Shown here: positions 61,940 to 64,000 of the stretch, piece by piece
How the letters are laid out: every line of letters begins with the position of its first letter
How positions within the stretch are numbered: the stretch's first letter is position 1
NCBI GenBank assembly: GCA_950097015.1
Contig: CATNEN010000009.1
Location: 248,001 to 312,000 of the forward strand
Length of the DNA: 64,000 bases
Source: Macrostomum hystrix
Taxonomy: Eukaryota > Animalia > Platyhelminthes
Direction: 5' to 3'
Program-made: the position numbers and the translations under genes
The notes under the pieces: generated by a model
Databases searched by the model: none
What the model saw: the letters and a program-made list of their open reading frames with translations, nothing else
What the model was told of the DNA's origin: nothing

Positions 61940-64000
61940 GAGATTCTGGTTACTCAGAGATTCTGCTTACTGAGAGATTCTGCTTACTGAGAGATCCTGG
62001 TTACTGTGAGATTCTGCATACTGAGAGATTCTGCATACTGAGAGATTCTGCTTACTGAGAGATTCTGCTTACTGAGAGATTCTGCTTACTGAGAGATTCT
62101 GCTTACTGAGAGATTCTGCTTACTGAGAGATTCTGCTTACTGAGAGATTCTGCTTACTGAGAGATTCTGCTTACTGAGAGATTCTGGTTACTGAGAGATT
62201 CTGGTTAATGAGAGATTCTGGTTAATGAGAGATTCTGCTTACTCAGAGATTCTGCTTACTGAGAGATTCTGCTTACTGTGAGATTCTGCTTACTGAGAGA
62301 TTCTGCTTACTGTGAGATTCTGCTTACTGTGAGATTCTGCTTACTCAGAGATTCTGCTTACTGAGAGATTCTGCTTACTGAGAGATTCTGCTTACTGAGA
62401 GATTCTGCTTACTGTGAGATTCTGCTTACTCAGAGATTCTGCTTACTGAGAGATTCTGCTTACTGAGAGATTCTGCTTACTGAGAGATTCTGGTTACTGA
62501 GAGATTCTGGTTAATGAGAGATTCTGGTTAATGAGAGATTCTGCTTACTCAGAGATTCTGCTTACTGAGAGATTCTGCTTACTGAGAGATTCTGCTTACT
62601 GAGAGATTCTGCTTACTGAGAGATTCTGCTTACTGAGAGATTCTGCTTACTCAGAGATTCTGCTTACTCAGAGATTCTACTTACTGAGAGATTCTGCTTA
62701 CTGAGAGATTCTGCTTACTGAGAGATTCTGCTTACTGAGAGATTCTGCTTACTGAGAGATTCTGCTTACTGAGAGATTCTGCTTACTGAGAGATTCTGCT
62801 TACTGAGAGATTCTGCTTACTGAGAGATTCTGCTTACTGAGAGATTCTGCTTACTGAGAGATTCTGCTTACTGAGAGATTCTGCTTACTGAGAGATTCTG
62901 CTTACTCAGAGATTCTGCTTACTGAGAGATTCTGCTTACTGAGAGATTCTGCTTACTGAGAGATTCTGCTTACTGAGAGATTCTGCTTACTCAGAGATTC
63001 TGCTTACTCAGAGATTCTGCTTACTGAGAGATTCTGCTTACTGAGAGATTCTGCTTACTGAGAGATTCTGGTTACTGAGAGATTCTGGTTAATGAGAGAT
63101 TCTGGTTACTGAGAGATTCTGCTTACTCAGAGATTCTGCTTACTGAGAGATTCTGCTTACTGAGAGATTCTGCTTACTGAGAGATTCTGCTTACTGAGAG
63201 ATTCTGCTTACTGAGAGATTCTGCTTACTGAGAGATTCTGCTTACTGAGAGATTCTGCTTACTCAGAGATTCTGCTTACTGAGAGATTCTGCTTACTGAG
63301 AGATTCTGCTTACTGAGAGATTCTGCTTACTGAGAGATTCTGCTTACTGAGAGATTCTGCTTACTGAGAGATTCTGGTTAATGAGAGATTCTGCTTACTG
63401 AGAGATTCTGCTTACTGAGAGATTCTGCTTACTGAGAGATTCTGCTTACTGAGAGATTCTGCTTACTGAGAGATTCTGCTTACTGAGAGATTCTGCTTAC
63501 TGAGAGATTCTGCTTACTGAGAGATTCTGCTTACTCAGAGATTCTGCTTACTGAGAGATTCTGCTTACTGAGAGATTCTGCTTACTGAGAGATTCTGCTT
63601 ACTGAGAGATTCTGCTTACTGAGAGATTCTGCTTACTGAGAGATTCTGCTTACTGAGAGATTCTGCTTACTCAGAGATTCTGCTTACTGAGAGATTCTGC
63701 TTACTGAGAGATTCTGCTTACTGAGAGATTCTGGTTAATGAGAGATTCTGCTTACTGAGAGATTCTGCTTACTGAGAGATTCTGCTTACTCAGAGATTCT
63801 ACTTACTGAGAGATTCTGCTTACTGAGAGATTCTGCTAACTGTGAGATTCTGCTTACTCAGAGATTCTGCTTACTCAGAGATTCTGCTTACTCAGAGATT
63901 CTGCTTACTGAGAGATTCTGCTTACTGAGAGATTCTGCTTACTGAGAGATTCTGCTTACTGAGAGATTCTGCTTACTGAGAGATTCTGCTAACTGTGAGA
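61940..64000. repeat. 17-bp satellite (ACTGAGAGATTCTGCTT)n, >120 copies, runs off the window end
   Basis: Period 17 read directly. Confidence 0.95.

Overview
Eukaryotic, intron-rich invertebrate genomic DNA, most likely the flatworm Macrostomum (inferred from GC-rich exons, dense minisatellites and a match to the Macrostomum spliced leader as I recall it). Five spliced protein-coding genes were reconstructed by hand: a GABA-B-like class C GPCR (+, 1717-9624, 13 exons), SLC25A46 (+, 25446-28665), a transmembrane-less synaptotagmin-14/16-like tandem-C2 protein (-, 37373-32821), a TP53I11/PIG11-like membrane protein (+, 40189-48461) and a Vsx/Chx10 homeobox gene with CVC domain (+, 56972-60819). 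About 26 kb (~40%) is made of about 20 tandem arrays. Top observations: (1) 13006-24463 is a four-unit head-to-tail array of non-autonomous Helitrons (TC...hairpin-CTAG, A^T target) from two subfamilies; the two long units each carry two satellites and a tRNA-like segment. (2) A diverged spliced-leader-like sequence at 8125-8168, inside a GPCR intron, is followed by a 5' splice donor within a strong hairpin, making it a candidate long variant SL RNA or SL-derived exon. Degenerate Tc1-like, mariner-like (DUF4817) and RNase H-containing LINE fragments are also present. All coordinates and alignments were done by eye without tools, and the long repetitive ORFs in the track are repeat artefacts.
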